Below are positions 17,050 to 25,327 of a stretch of 26,021 nt of DNA, one piece after another; the first letter of the stretch is position 1; each line of letters starts with the position of its first letter. A program made the translations under genes and the position numbers. The notes below the pieces were generated by a model that saw only the letters and a program-made list of their open reading frames with translations, ran no database searches and was not told the DNA's origin. This DNA comes from Nitrososphaerota archaeon. Lineage in GTDB: Archaea > Thermoproteota > Nitrososphaeria > Nitrososphaerales > UBA57. The stretch covers positions 1 through 26,021 of the forward strand of contig JACAFS010000007.1 in the NCBI GenBank assembly GCA_013378385.1. The letters are read 5' to 3'.

Positions 17050-17907
17050 ATGAAGAATGGAGATTTAATATTACTAGATTTTACTGCAAAAGTGAAAGAT
17101 ACAGGGGATCTTATAGAAACAACCATAGAAGAAGAAGGTAAGAAAATAGGTGAATTTGATGAGGATTTCGTTTTTAAGCCTAGATTAGTAGCAGTTGGAG
17201 CAAGTTGGGTTCTAAAAGGCCTAGATGAGGCATTAGAAGAAGCTGAAGTAGGAAATCAAGTAAATATAGAGATTTCGCCTGAGAAAGGATTTGGAGTTAG
17301 AGATACTTCGAAGACTAGACTTATACCGTTGAGAAAATTTAGAGATAAAGCAGATCAAGTCACTGTGGGTGCAGAAATCGAAATAGATGGAAGAATAGGC
17401 ATTGTCAGATTTGTCGGATCAGGGAGAGCTCAAATAGATTTTAATCACAGATATGCAGGAAGAACATTAGAATATAACTTTACAGTGGTCAAGAAGATTG
17501 AACAGAATGAAGAAATGATTAATGAGATAATTGAAAGAAGAATTCCAAATAGCATCGGAAAAATCAATGTAAAAGTTGAACAGAATATTGCAAGCATAGT
17601 AATTCCCGATGAATATTTCTTATTGGAAGGTTTGCAAATAATTAAGAGAGCTATTGCAAATGAAATTATGAAATATGTGAATGATGTAAATGAGGTATCT
17701 TACATTGAACAGTTTAAGGAAGATAAGAAAGATGCAGAAAAATCGGTAGCGGATGAATCATTAGAAGAAACATCTTCAGATGATTCGGTAAAAGAAGTTC
17801 AGGATGATTCGGTAAAAGAAGTTCAGGATGATTCGGTAAAAGAAGTTCAGGATGATTCGGTAAAAGAAGTTCAGGATGATTCGGTAAAAGAAGTTCAGAA
17901 GGACTAA
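17050..17907 (+). CDS. Long-type archaeal FKBP peptidyl-prolyl isomerase with IF insert and an acidic repeat tail
   Basis: GDLILLDFTAKVKDTGDLIETT, VLKGLDEALEEAEVG and IDFNHRYAGRTLEYNFTV are typical of SlyD/archaeal FKBPs. The C-terminus carries 5 x DDSVKEVQ. Confidence 0.9.
   Translation: MKNGDLILLDFTAKVKDTGDLIETTIEEEGKKIGEFDEDFVFKPRLVAVGASWVLKGLDEALEEAEVGNQVNIEISPEKGFGVRDTSKTRLIPLRKFRDKADQVTVGAEIEIDGRIGIVRFVGSGRAQIDFNHRYAGRTLEYNFTVVKKIEQNEEMINEIIERRIPNSIGKINVKVEQNIASIVIPDEYFLLEGLQIIKRAIANEIMKYVNDVNEVSYIEQFKEDKKDAEKSVADESLEETSSDDSVKEVQDDSVKEVQDDSVKEVQDDSVKEVQDDSVKEVQKD
17779..17898 (+). repeat. Perfect 24-bp tandem repeat, 5 copies (GATGATTCGGTAAAAGAAGTTCAG), coding for DDSVKEVQ
   Basis: Five head-to-tail identical units can be read directly in the sequence, in frame with the FKBP CDS. 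Confidence 0.97.
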
Positions 17908-17916
17908 GTAATCTGA

Positions 17917-18984
17917 TTATATACAATTAGTGTCAGAAAGCAGTTTATGAATATTATCTCGGTCTAAATCAGTAGTATTAAGTATAGTATAACGATCAGG
18001 ACGAATTGTAGGAGCTAAATTTATAGCTTCAATCATTTCATCGTCGCTAATGCCTAAATCATGAATATTAGTAGGGCAATTGACTCGTTGAAGTGCATCA
18101 CGAATTTCTTGCCAATCTAAACCGTGTAATTTTGACATGGCTATAGAAGAAATGCCACATTTTTCTCCATGAAGACCATTATTAGGTGAAATTATATCTA
18201 GGGCATGACTAATCAGATGTTCAGAACCACTACATGGTCTACTGCTACCAGCAATTCCGGCTGCAACGCCAGTACTGATTAGTGCTTCGACGATATTTCG
18301 TACGCTATCATTTTTATTGGTAGTAAAATTCAAGGATTCGTCAAATAAGATTCGAGAGCTCATATAAGAAAGACTGGCAGCATAGTTGCCGAATCTTTCA
18401 CCAGAATTATCACGTGCAAGTTCCCAGTCTTTAACTGCAGTAATTTTTGCAATTAAATCTCCGCAACCACTAGATAATAATCGATCAGGGGCTTGCGATA
18501 TTATTTTGATGTCGGCAAAGATGCCCAGAGGGGGACTAGCTACGAAAGAATAAGGTCGATCGGATCCTTTGAGTGAAGCAAATGGACTAGCGATTCCGTC
18601 ATGTGACGCACTGGTAGGAAAGCTAACAAAGGGGATTTTTGCTTGGTAAGAAGACAATTTAGCAACGTCGACGGATTTACCTCCGCCAATACCGACAATA
18701 ATACCATAATTATTAGATTTACAAAGTTCAGATACTTCATCGGTAATTGAGGTTGTTGCATTATCAATTATTTTCCAGTCAGATTTAAGTTGTGAAATTT
18801 CCAATGATTCAGTAATAGAACTTTTGACTACATTTTGAACATTTTTCCCGCTAACAAACAATACGGGTTTATCCACGCCAAGATCGTTTAGAAAACTGCC
18901 AAATTCTCCAATAATATCATGTCCTATTAATACACGATTAGGCAATTCCATTAAATGGCCTTTTTTAACAGAATTCATTAGCAT
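17917..18984 (-). CDS. egsA: Glycerol-1-phosphate dehydrogenase [NAD(P)+]
   Basis: GIGGGKSVDVAKL, PTSASHDGIASPFAS and GSEHLISHAL...HGEKCG are iron-ADH-fold G1PDH motifs. This is the archaeal lipid backbone enzyme. Confidence 0.9.
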   Translation of the reverse strand: MLMNSVKKGHLMELPNRVLIGHDIIGEFGSFLNDLGVDKPVLFVSGKNVQNVVKSSITESLEISQLKSDWKIIDNATTSITDEVSELCKSNNYGIIVGIGGGKSVDVAKLSSYQAKIPFVSFPTSASHDGIASPFASLKGSDRPYSFVASPPLGIFADIKIISQAPDRLLSSGCGDLIAKITAVKDWELARDNSGERFGNYAASLSYMSSRILFDESLNFTTNKNDSVRNIVEALISTGVAAGIAGSSRPCSGSEHLISHALDIISPNNGLHGEKCGISSIAMSKLHGLDWQEIRDALQRVNCPTNIHDLGISDDEMIEAINLAPTIRPDRYTILNTTDLDRDNIHKLLSDTNCI

Positions 18985-19013
18985 AAAAAAGTTCTAATCT
19001 TTTATATCTATTT

Positions 19014-19400
19014 TTAATTGCGATTAGAATTGATATGAACTTGCTGAAATTTGATCCAATGAATTATCAAATCTACTGCAAAATCTATCTGATCAGGTGT
19101 GAGTTCGAGGCCTTTTGGAACATTATACCATTTATTCATACATTTACGACAGCATGTAGCAGTAGCATGTTGGGCCACAAAAACAGGATGGTTTTTGAAT
19201 GGCGTTTGTTTCCCATCATTAATAGGATATGCGGGAGATAATCGATCAAGAATAAATTTATGAGCATGGTCTATGATTTCAGAAATTCCATGTTTTTCTA
19301 AATAATCATAATCTTTCACACTAAGCGTGAAACTACTACGAAATTTTGATTTTTGGAGTTTGGAAAGGTGATAATCAAGAATTGATTTAGGCAATAACAA
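19014..19400 (-). CDS. DUF4186 domain protein
   Basis: NDGKQTPFKNHPVFVAQHATATCCRKCMNKWY matches my recollection of the DUF4186 signature (HPVF-x-AQHATATCCR-x-C). The start codon is uncertain (TTG at 19400 or 19394; no early ATG). Confidence 0.65.
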   Translation of the reverse strand: MLLPKSILDYHLSKLQKSKFRSSFTLSVKDYDYLEKHGISEIIDHAHKFILDRLSPAYPINDGKQTPFKNHPVFVAQHATATCCRKCMNKWYNVPKGLELTPDQIDFAVDLIIHWIKFQQVHINSNRN

Positions 19401-19455
19401 TTAAAAATAACGTAATCCCTATAAGTAATCTCTCAAATTAAAGTTGCAGATATAA

Positions 19456-20121
19456 TTGGGTATTATCAAATTCGATGTTTACAGGAATCCGAATATAGGA
19501 GTATTTTTTCAAGCGAATGATAATTTTTTAATTAGTCCACCAGGAGTGACTTCCTCAAAAATATCAAAAATCACAGGACATCTAAAAGTATCAAATGTGT
19601 CAACGTCAATTGGGGGATCCAGGCTTATAGGAGCTTTAGCTGCAATGAATAGTAATGGAATAATTGTTTCAAAATTAATTGAAGGGTTTGAAGAAAAAAT
19701 AATAACCAAAGAGACTGGATTATCTTTACAAAAATTGAACTCTAGATTTACTTCTGCAGGAAATCTTATTGCTGCAAATGATTATGGAGCGATTGTTTCA
19801 AGTCTGATTAGTGAAGAAGAATCAAAGAATATTTCAAAAATTTTAAAAGTGCCTGTGAAAAGAATGAATGTTTCATCTATGTATTTGATTGGAGCGATGA
19901 TCAAGGCGACAAACACGGGAGCAGTAGCTCACCCCATAATTAATGATAATAATTTGAAGATAGTAAGGGACGTTCTGCAAGTAGATGTAAAAAATACAAC
20001 TGTAAATAGGGGAGTGCCTTATGTTTCGTCAGGAATCATTTCAAACACTCAAAATATATTAGTCGGGAGTCAAACTAGCGGATCTGAATTGGTAATAGTC
20101 ACTAATGCATTTGGTATTTAG
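19456..20121 (+). CDS. eif6: Translation initiation factor 6 (aIF6)
   Basis: NPNIGVFFQANDNFLISPPG and repeated five-fold pseudo-symmetric segments (GSRLIGALAAMNSNGIIV, GNLIAANDYGAIVS, IGAMIKATNTGAVAHP). Apparent TTG start. Confidence 0.88.
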   Translation: MGIIKFDVYRNPNIGVFFQANDNFLISPPGVTSSKISKITGHLKVSNVSTSIGGSRLIGALAAMNSNGIIVSKLIEGFEEKIITKETGLSLQKLNSRFTSAGNLIAANDYGAIVSSLISEEESKNISKILKVPVKRMNVSSMYLIGAMIKATNTGAVAHPIINDNNLKIVRDVLQVDVKNTTVNRGVPYVSSGIISNTQNILVGSQTSGSELVIVTNAFGI

Positions 20122-20177
20122 AGAATTTAACACTCAGTCATAAATGTTTTAAATAAGAAGAACGAAAAAAGAATAAA

Positions 20178-20600
20178 ATGAACGTTGATCAACAAACTCA
20201 AGTATTGCTTCAGCAAATGAAGCAGCTAGAATCATACCTAACTGACATCGGTAACAGAGAAAATATGTCAATGAATGCGATAGTAGAAAGCAGAGCTTCT
20301 GTCAAAGCAACGGAAATTTTAAGCGACACTGAACCAAAAGAGATATTATTCCCAATTGGATCAGGGCTATTAACTAAGGTAGGGGATGAAAAAGCATTCT
20401 TTGTCAATATAGGTGCAGGAATTACGGTAGAAAAAGACAAAGAGGAAGTGAAAGAATTTCTCAATGAGAGAATTAAAGATATAGAAAAATCTATAGAAAC
20501 ATTAAGTATACAAAAGAAGGACATGGCACAGCAATACAACAGTATTAGAGCTGCATTGAACAATATTGTACAGGGCCAACAAAATGTTAGACAAAGTTAA
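20178..20600 (+). CDS. pfdA: Prefoldin alpha subunit
   Basis: Coiled-coil ends flank ILFPIGSGLLTKV...AFFVNIGAGITVEKDKEEVKEFL, the alpha-type double beta-hairpin. It sits in the conserved archaeal eif6-pfdA-ftsY order. Confidence 0.85.
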   Translation: MNVDQQTQVLLQQMKQLESYLTDIGNRENMSMNAIVESRASVKATEILSDTEPKEILFPIGSGLLTKVGDEKAFFVNIGAGITVEKDKEEVKEFLNERIKDIEKSIETLSIQKKDMAQQYNSIRAALNNIVQGQQNVRQS

Positions 20601-21483
20601 AAACGCAGTATCAAATATTTCAAAAATAGCTGTAGAAAAGCAAATTTCAGAAAAAGAATTAGACAAAGTAATGGAAAATTTAACAATAGAGTTATTGGAA
20701 TCAGAGATACCATTTGATCTAGTAGAACAAATATCAGAAAATATAAAGAAACAAATGATTGATAAGAAATTTGCCAGAAGCGATGAATTCAAAGAAATAA
20801 TTAAAAGTGAATTTACAAGCACCATTAAAAAAATATTTCAGAAAGTAGAAGACGTTGATTTAATTCAATTAATTAATTCAAAAGAAAGTAAACCATTCAA
20901 GATATTAATTGTTGGAATAAACGGATCTGGAAAAACAACGACGGTGGCAAAAATTGGTCATCTGTTAAAAGAAAACAATATTTCTTCAGTAATAGTTGCA
21001 GGGGATACGTTCAGATCAGGGGCAATAGAACAAATAAAAGAACATGCAGATAGATTAGAATTAAAGTTAATATCACAAAAATACGGTTCAGATCCAGCTG
21101 CAGTAGCAAGAGATGGAGTAGAATACTCTAAGACTCACAACATAGATGCAGTAATAATTGACACGTCTGGAAGGGTTCAAACAAATAGCAATCTAATGCA
21201 GGAAGTATTGAAGATAAAAAATGTAGTTAATCCAGATTTTACTGTGTTCATAGGGGATTCTCTTGCAGGTAATGACCTAGTATCGCAAACACATGAATTT
21301 TTTAAGTTTACAGAGTTCAATGGATCGATTTTGACGAAGGTAGACGCAGATGTAAAAGGAGGAGCAATATTATCAATATTGAGTGAAACTGGAAAACCAA
21401 TAATATATATAGGGACTGGACAAGAGTATAAAGACCTTGAAAAGTTTAATGAAGAGAGATTCTTATCAGGGCTATTTCAGTAG
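20584..21483 (+). CDS. ftsY: Signal recognition particle receptor FtsY
   Basis: GINGSGKTTT, AGDTFRSGAIEQ, DTSGR and TKVDADVKGG are the SRP GTPase G1-G4 motifs. I prefer the ATG at 20584 to the TTG at 20566. It overlaps the pfdA 3' end by 17 nt. Confidence 0.92.
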   Translation: MLDKVKNAVSNISKIAVEKQISEKELDKVMENLTIELLESEIPFDLVEQISENIKKQMIDKKFARSDEFKEIIKSEFTSTIKKIFQKVEDVDLIQLINSKESKPFKILIVGINGSGKTTTVAKIGHLLKENNISSVIVAGDTFRSGAIEQIKEHADRLELKLISQKYGSDPAAVARDGVEYSKTHNIDAVIIDTSGRVQTNSNLMQEVLKIKNVVNPDFTVFIGDSLAGNDLVSQTHEFFKFTEFNGSILTKVDADVKGGAILSILSETGKPIIYIGTGQEYKDLEKFNEERFLSGLFQ

Positions 21484-21495
21484 CAAGATGTGAAT

Positions 21496-22410
21496 ATGAT
21501 GAAAAATTTGATGACCGTGAGTGAATTAGATGCAAAAGACATATCGGAGATGGTAAGAATTGCGAGAAAATTTAAGAATGGAAAGGATGTATCGTTAAAA
21601 AAAGTCAAGAATAAAACTCTAGCATTGATTTTTCAAAAACCTTCAACAAGGACAAGATTGAGTTTTGAAATTGCCATGAAACAAATGGGAGGAAATTCAA
21701 TATTTCTCAGTGAATCAGATTTACAGATATCAAGAGGGGAATTAATGAAAGATACTGCAAGGACATTATCAGAATATGTCGATATTGTAGCAATGCGTAC
21801 TTATCATAATTCAGACATACAAGAGTTTATCGACAATTCTTCTATTCCAGTAATTAATGCATTGTCAAATACAAATCACCCATGTCAGGCATTGTCAGAT
21901 ATACAAACAATAATAGAGAAAAAGAAGTCATTACGTAACCTAAAGATAACTTGGATAGGAGATAGCAATAATGTATTAAATGACTTCTTGTTTGCGGCAT
22001 TAAAATTGGGAGCCGATTTCTCCATTGCATGCCCAAGCAAATATTCACCAAATAAAGGAATAATTGAGGTTGCGAAGAAGATAATGAAGAAGAATGAATC
22101 ATCATTATCGATTAGTACAGATCCAATGAAGGCAGTAATAGATTCTGATGTAGTAGTTACAGATAAAATAGTTTCAATGGGAGACAAAAATAAAGAAGTA
22201 AAGAAGAAAGTATTTCTGCCAAAGTACAGAGTTACGGATAAGATAATGTCAAAAGCTAAGGATGATGCAATATTCATGCATTGTCTGCCAGCAGTACGTG
22301 GAGAGGAAGTATCATAAAGTGTAATCGACGGTGAGAATTCAGTAATTTGGCAACAAGTTAATAATAAATTACATATGCATAAGGCCTTGATATGGTCTAT
22401 GTTAAAATAG
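21496..22410 (+). pseudogene. argF: Ornithine carbamoyltransferase interrupted by a single in-frame TAA at 22315-22317
   Basis: STRTRLSFE, HPCQALSD, TDKIVSMGD and [14 protein letters not shown] are OTCase motifs. After the TAA the same frame continues as [30 protein letters not shown] to a TAG at 22408-22410, matching the usual OTCase C-terminal helix. Confidence 0.85.
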
Positions 22411-22432
22411 AGAATTAGTATTTATAATGCCG

Positions 22433-22448
22433 TTATATATATAAATAA
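22433..22448 (+). promoter_or_regulatory. Candidate TATA box for the Tat-signal protein gene
   Basis: TTATATATATAAATAA is centred about 27 nt upstream of the second in-frame ATG (22468). This suggests a leaderless mRNA beginning MTNIESDKQNRRDFIKY. Confidence 0.4.
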
Positions 22449-22455
22449 GCCGGTT

Positions 22456-23187
22456 ATGGATTATAGTATGACAAACATTGAATCTGATAAGCAAAACAGA
22501 AGAGATTTCATAAAATATGCGGGGGGAGCCGCAGTAGGTCTAGGAATAGGCGGATTAGGATTTCTAAGTTCCAATGGCAACCTAGCAGAAGAAAGAGACA
22601 AGAATTCCCAGTTACAAACCGACATAAGCGATTTGAATGATAAGTTAGAAGATCTTCAAAGATGGTCAATATTTGGCGGTGGAAGTAATATAAAGAATAT
22701 GCCCAATATAGTTGACAGACAACCAACTGTAGAAATGAATGAAACATTTTATTTTGATCAAAAAAATGCTTTTTGTAGAGTTGATAATAATCCTGAAGCA
22801 TTCATAATGCCCACATATCTAATGGGTGAAGTCCCAATTGAAGCAAATACGTTCTTCATGTTGATGTCGACATCAACACTTCATGTGAAATCGATTGATG
22901 AATCAGAAAACTCAACATGTATTTTAGAAAGTGATTCAGGAGACTGTTTTACTGAAGCATCTGCTGGAGGAAACATATATGGTTCGAGAGTAGAACCTGA
23001 ACCATTCAAATCAGAGATTGTTGCAGTAGATGAAAAAGCATTTTCCTATACAGCGTTCTTTGATGAAAACGAAGCGCCAGTTAATTATGCAATATTCGGT
23101 CCAAGGTTTACATTTACTGGAGAATTAACTATTGGTTCAGTAACTGTAAAGAGAGTAGAACAATTAGCAAAATCACTTCCGAAGTAA
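22456..23187 (+). CDS. Hypothetical Tat-exported protein
   Basis: Twin-arginine motif NRRDFIKYAGGAAVGLGIGGLGFL, then a short coiled-coil-like stretch (LQTDISDLNDKLEDLQ) and an unassigned about 170 aa domain. The start is possibly at 22468. Confidence 0.6.
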   Translation: MDYSMTNIESDKQNRRDFIKYAGGAAVGLGIGGLGFLSSNGNLAEERDKNSQLQTDISDLNDKLEDLQRWSIFGGGSNIKNMPNIVDRQPTVEMNETFYFDQKNAFCRVDNNPEAFIMPTYLMGEVPIEANTFFMLMSTSTLHVKSIDESENSTCILESDSGDCFTEASAGGNIYGSRVEPEPFKSEIVAVDEKAFSYTAFFDENEAPVNYAIFGPRFTFTGELTIGSVTVKRVEQLAKSLPK

Positions 23188-23212
23188 GATAATTAATGAA
23201 AGAGTATAACAA

Positions 23213-24940
23213 ATGAAAAAAATAGTAATATTAACAATTGGGTTGTTAATATTACTGCCATCATTTGCATTAGGGCAATATCAATCAATTAGTTTATCAG
23301 ACTCGTATAGTTTTAATGGTTCAAATAATAACAAAGAAAATTTAGAGTGGGGGGAGGCAAATTTAACTCTTCGAAGATTAGTTAATCAGGCTTATTCAGA
23401 CGGAGTATCAGAATTATCTAATTCAGGAAGTCCCAATGTCAGAGTCATAAGCAATACAATATGCGATCAACAACCAGGCTTGAATATTATTGATGAAAGG
23501 AATTTATCAGATATGAACTGGGTATGGGGTCAATTCATTTCTCATGACATAGATTTCACTCCGACGGCAGTTTTTGATACAAGGTTACAGAGTTTAGAAA
23601 GAATTCAGATTATTGCGCCAGAAAATGACCAGTATTATAGAGAAAATCAAACAATGATGTCGGTATTTCGTAGTCTATATGATGTAAGGACAGGATTATC
23701 TAGAGAGAACAGCCGTGAACAAATAAACACGGTTACTCCTTGGTTGGATGGCAGTGTAGTATATGGAACGTCAGAACAACGTGTAAATGAATTAAGAACA
23801 TTTGAAGGGGGTAAATTAATTACAACAGAACATGATAATGGAGATTTATTGCGGTTAGCTCCTGTAAATTCAATAGAAGAACAGCGGGTAAGAGGTTTGG
23901 CTTTCTTTTCAGGAGATACAAGAGCGAATGAGAACATTGCACTTACAGCAGTAAATACGTTGTTTGTGAGAGAGCATAATCGTATTGCTGAAGAGATATT
24001 GAATGACAATCCTGAATTCAGTGATGAGGAGATATTTCAGATGGCAAGAAAGATAAACACGGCAATAATCCAATCAATAACATATAATGAATTCATACCA
24101 TCACTAGGGATAGAACTAGAGCCCTATGTTGAATATGACAAATCGGTGGACCCACAAATCTCGCATTTGTTTTCTGTTGTAGCATTTAGAATTGGACATA
24201 GTCAGATAGGTGAACAATTCGTTATAGTAAATGAAACAGACATAAAACAAACTATTCCAATGCAAGAGGGTTTTTTCAATCCGTCAATTATTCAGAAACA
24301 TGGGATTGATTCGATAATAAAAGGACTTTTTGTGACAAAGCAACAAGCGAGTGACATATATTATCACGATAGCATTAGGAACTTTTTATTTGGAGAGCCT
24401 CAGAGAGGAGGTTTAGATTTATGTGGATTAGATATCATAAGAGCGAGAGACCATGGAATACCAGATTATAATACAATACGAAAAGAGATTGGTCTAATAC
24501 CTATAACGGAATTTGATGAAATAAATTCAGATCAAGAAGTAATCAGACGATTAAGTCAGACCTATAGAAATGTTGACGAATTGGATCCAATTATTGGGAT
24601 ATTAGCAGAAGAACATATAGAGGATTCAACACTTGGAGAAACTGGATATTATATAATTAAAGAACAATTTGAAAGGACAAGAGACGGAGATCGTTTATTC
24701 TATTTGAACGACCCTGACTTGGAAGATTTAAGAGAAGATATTTCAAACACTAGATTATCAGATGTTATTGAAAGGAATACAAGAATAGATAATGTTCCAG
24801 ACAACGTATTTTTTGTATCTGAAATCAAAAATAATAATTTAAGAACTGATAATCAAATTTCATTTGCGTACATCGCGGTATTTTTGATAGTGGTTTTTGC
24901 TATTTATGCGCAGCAGAAAAGTAGTAGAATATCAAAATAA
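23213..24940 (+). CDS. Animal-type heme peroxidase (peroxidase-cyclooxygenase superfamily), signal peptide plus C-terminal TM anchor
   Basis: Distal WGQFISHDIDFT; Ca-site TPWLDGSVVYG; FSGDTRANENIALTAVNTLFVREHNR; proximal FRIGHSQI; RARDHGIPDYN. Signal peptide MKKIVILTIGLLILLPSFALG. C-terminal TM FAYIAVFLIVVFAIY. Confidence 0.88.
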   Translation: MKKIVILTIGLLILLPSFALGQYQSISLSDSYSFNGSNNNKENLEWGEANLTLRRLVNQAYSDGVSELSNSGSPNVRVISNTICDQQPGLNIIDERNLSDMNWVWGQFISHDIDFTPTAVFDTRLQSLERIQIIAPENDQYYRENQTMMSVFRSLYDVRTGLSRENSREQINTVTPWLDGSVVYGTSEQRVNELRTFEGGKLITTEHDNGDLLRLAPVNSIEEQRVRGLAFFSGDTRANENIALTAVNTLFVREHNRIAEEILNDNPEFSDEEIFQMARKINTAIIQSITYNEFIPSLGIELEPYVEYDKSVDPQISHLFSVVAFRIGHSQIGEQFVIVNETDIKQTIPMQEGFFNPSIIQKHGIDSIIKGLFVTKQQASDIYYHDSIRNFLFGEPQRGGLDLCGLDIIRARDHGIPDYNTIRKEIGLIPITEFDEINSDQEVIRRLSQTYRNVDELDPIIGILAEEHIEDSTLGETGYYIIKEQFERTRDGDRLFYLNDPDLEDLREDISNTRLSDVIERNTRIDNVPDNVFFVSEIKNNNLRTDNQISFAYIAVFLIVVFAIYAQQKSSRISK

Positions 24941-24948
24941 CAAGTCAT

Positions 24949-24956
24949 CTATATAT
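24949..24956 (+). promoter_or_regulatory. Candidate TATA box for SRP RNA
   Basis: CTATATAT is centred about 25 nt upstream of the predicted 5' end of the SRP RNA terminal stem. Confidence 0.45.
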
Positions 24957-24975
24957 CAGGAAAATAATTACAATA

Positions 24976-25289
24976 ATGGCAACAGGTAGGGTTGGGGGGA
25001 TAGCCGTCCTCCTCGCTGAAACCGGCTATACGCAGCACCAGTAACCAGTGGTTAAAGTATAATTTTCAGGTACCTGCCATCTTGCTTGAATGAAATCACG
25101 CCGTGATTGGTGGTCACAAGAGATATCTATTTCGAAGGAAATAGTGATTCTTCAACTACTGAAACCGGACAGGTCCGGGAGGGAGCATCCGTATAGTGGG
25201 GTGGTTGCGCTTTCACGTCTACGTGAATGACTTTGTAGGATTGGAAAAGGACCCGGGGATCGTATGAATCCCATTGGTGCTGTTGCCAT
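24976..25289 (+). ncRNA. Signal recognition particle RNA (archaeal 7S)
   Basis: GC-rich island in an AT-rich window. The 5' ATGGCAACAG pairs with the 3' CTGTTGCCAT. ACAGGTCCGGGAGGGAGCATCC matches the universally conserved helix 8 (compare E. coli 4.5S CAGGUCCGGAAGGAAGCAGCC) with a GGGA tetraloop. A CTATTTC-GAAG-GAAATAG hairpin fits helix 6. The about 314 nt length fits archaeal SRP RNA. End coordinates are accurate to roughly 5 nt. Confidence 0.88.
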
Positions 25290-25327
25290 TAATCTTAAAC
25301 GTCTTTAGGCGTATATACATTATAACA

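Noticed and set aside
17779-17898. Regularly spaced 24-bp repeats that could suggest a CRISPR array
   Set aside because: The units are contiguous with no spacers. They lie in frame inside the FKBP CDS and encode DDSVKEVQ. No cas genes are nearby.
20210-20825. Minus-strand ORFs of 117 and 107 aa across pfdA/ftsY, plus similar antisense ORFs elsewhere (288-542, 2160-2402, 2873-3136, 3206-3442, 3694-3879, 4693-4974, 5109-5312, 5655-5945, 6299-7190, 7340-7720, 9336-9605, 9855-10130, 11197-11883, 12138-13067, 13597-13845, 14543-15091, 18540-18767, 19035-19241, 19509-19709, 21854-22277, 22508-22801, 23647-24009, 25414-25602)
   Set aside because: Each lies opposite a gene with strong family motifs or operon support. 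Their products are low-complexity and Ser/Ile/Asn/Phe-rich, as expected from antisense reading of AT-rich coding DNA.
21490-22317. Carbamoyltransferase considered as aspartate carbamoyltransferase (pyrB)
   Set aside because: HCLPA (not HPLPR) and the SMG motif point to ornithine carbamoyltransferase.
24976-25289. GC-rich structured region considered as RNase P RNA or a tRNA cluster
   Set aside because: It contains the SRP helix 8 consensus (CAGGUCCGG-GA-GGGAGCA) and a 5'/3' terminal stem typical of 7S RNA. I do not see the RNase P CR-I type GGAAAGUCC element or any cloverleaf-sized units.
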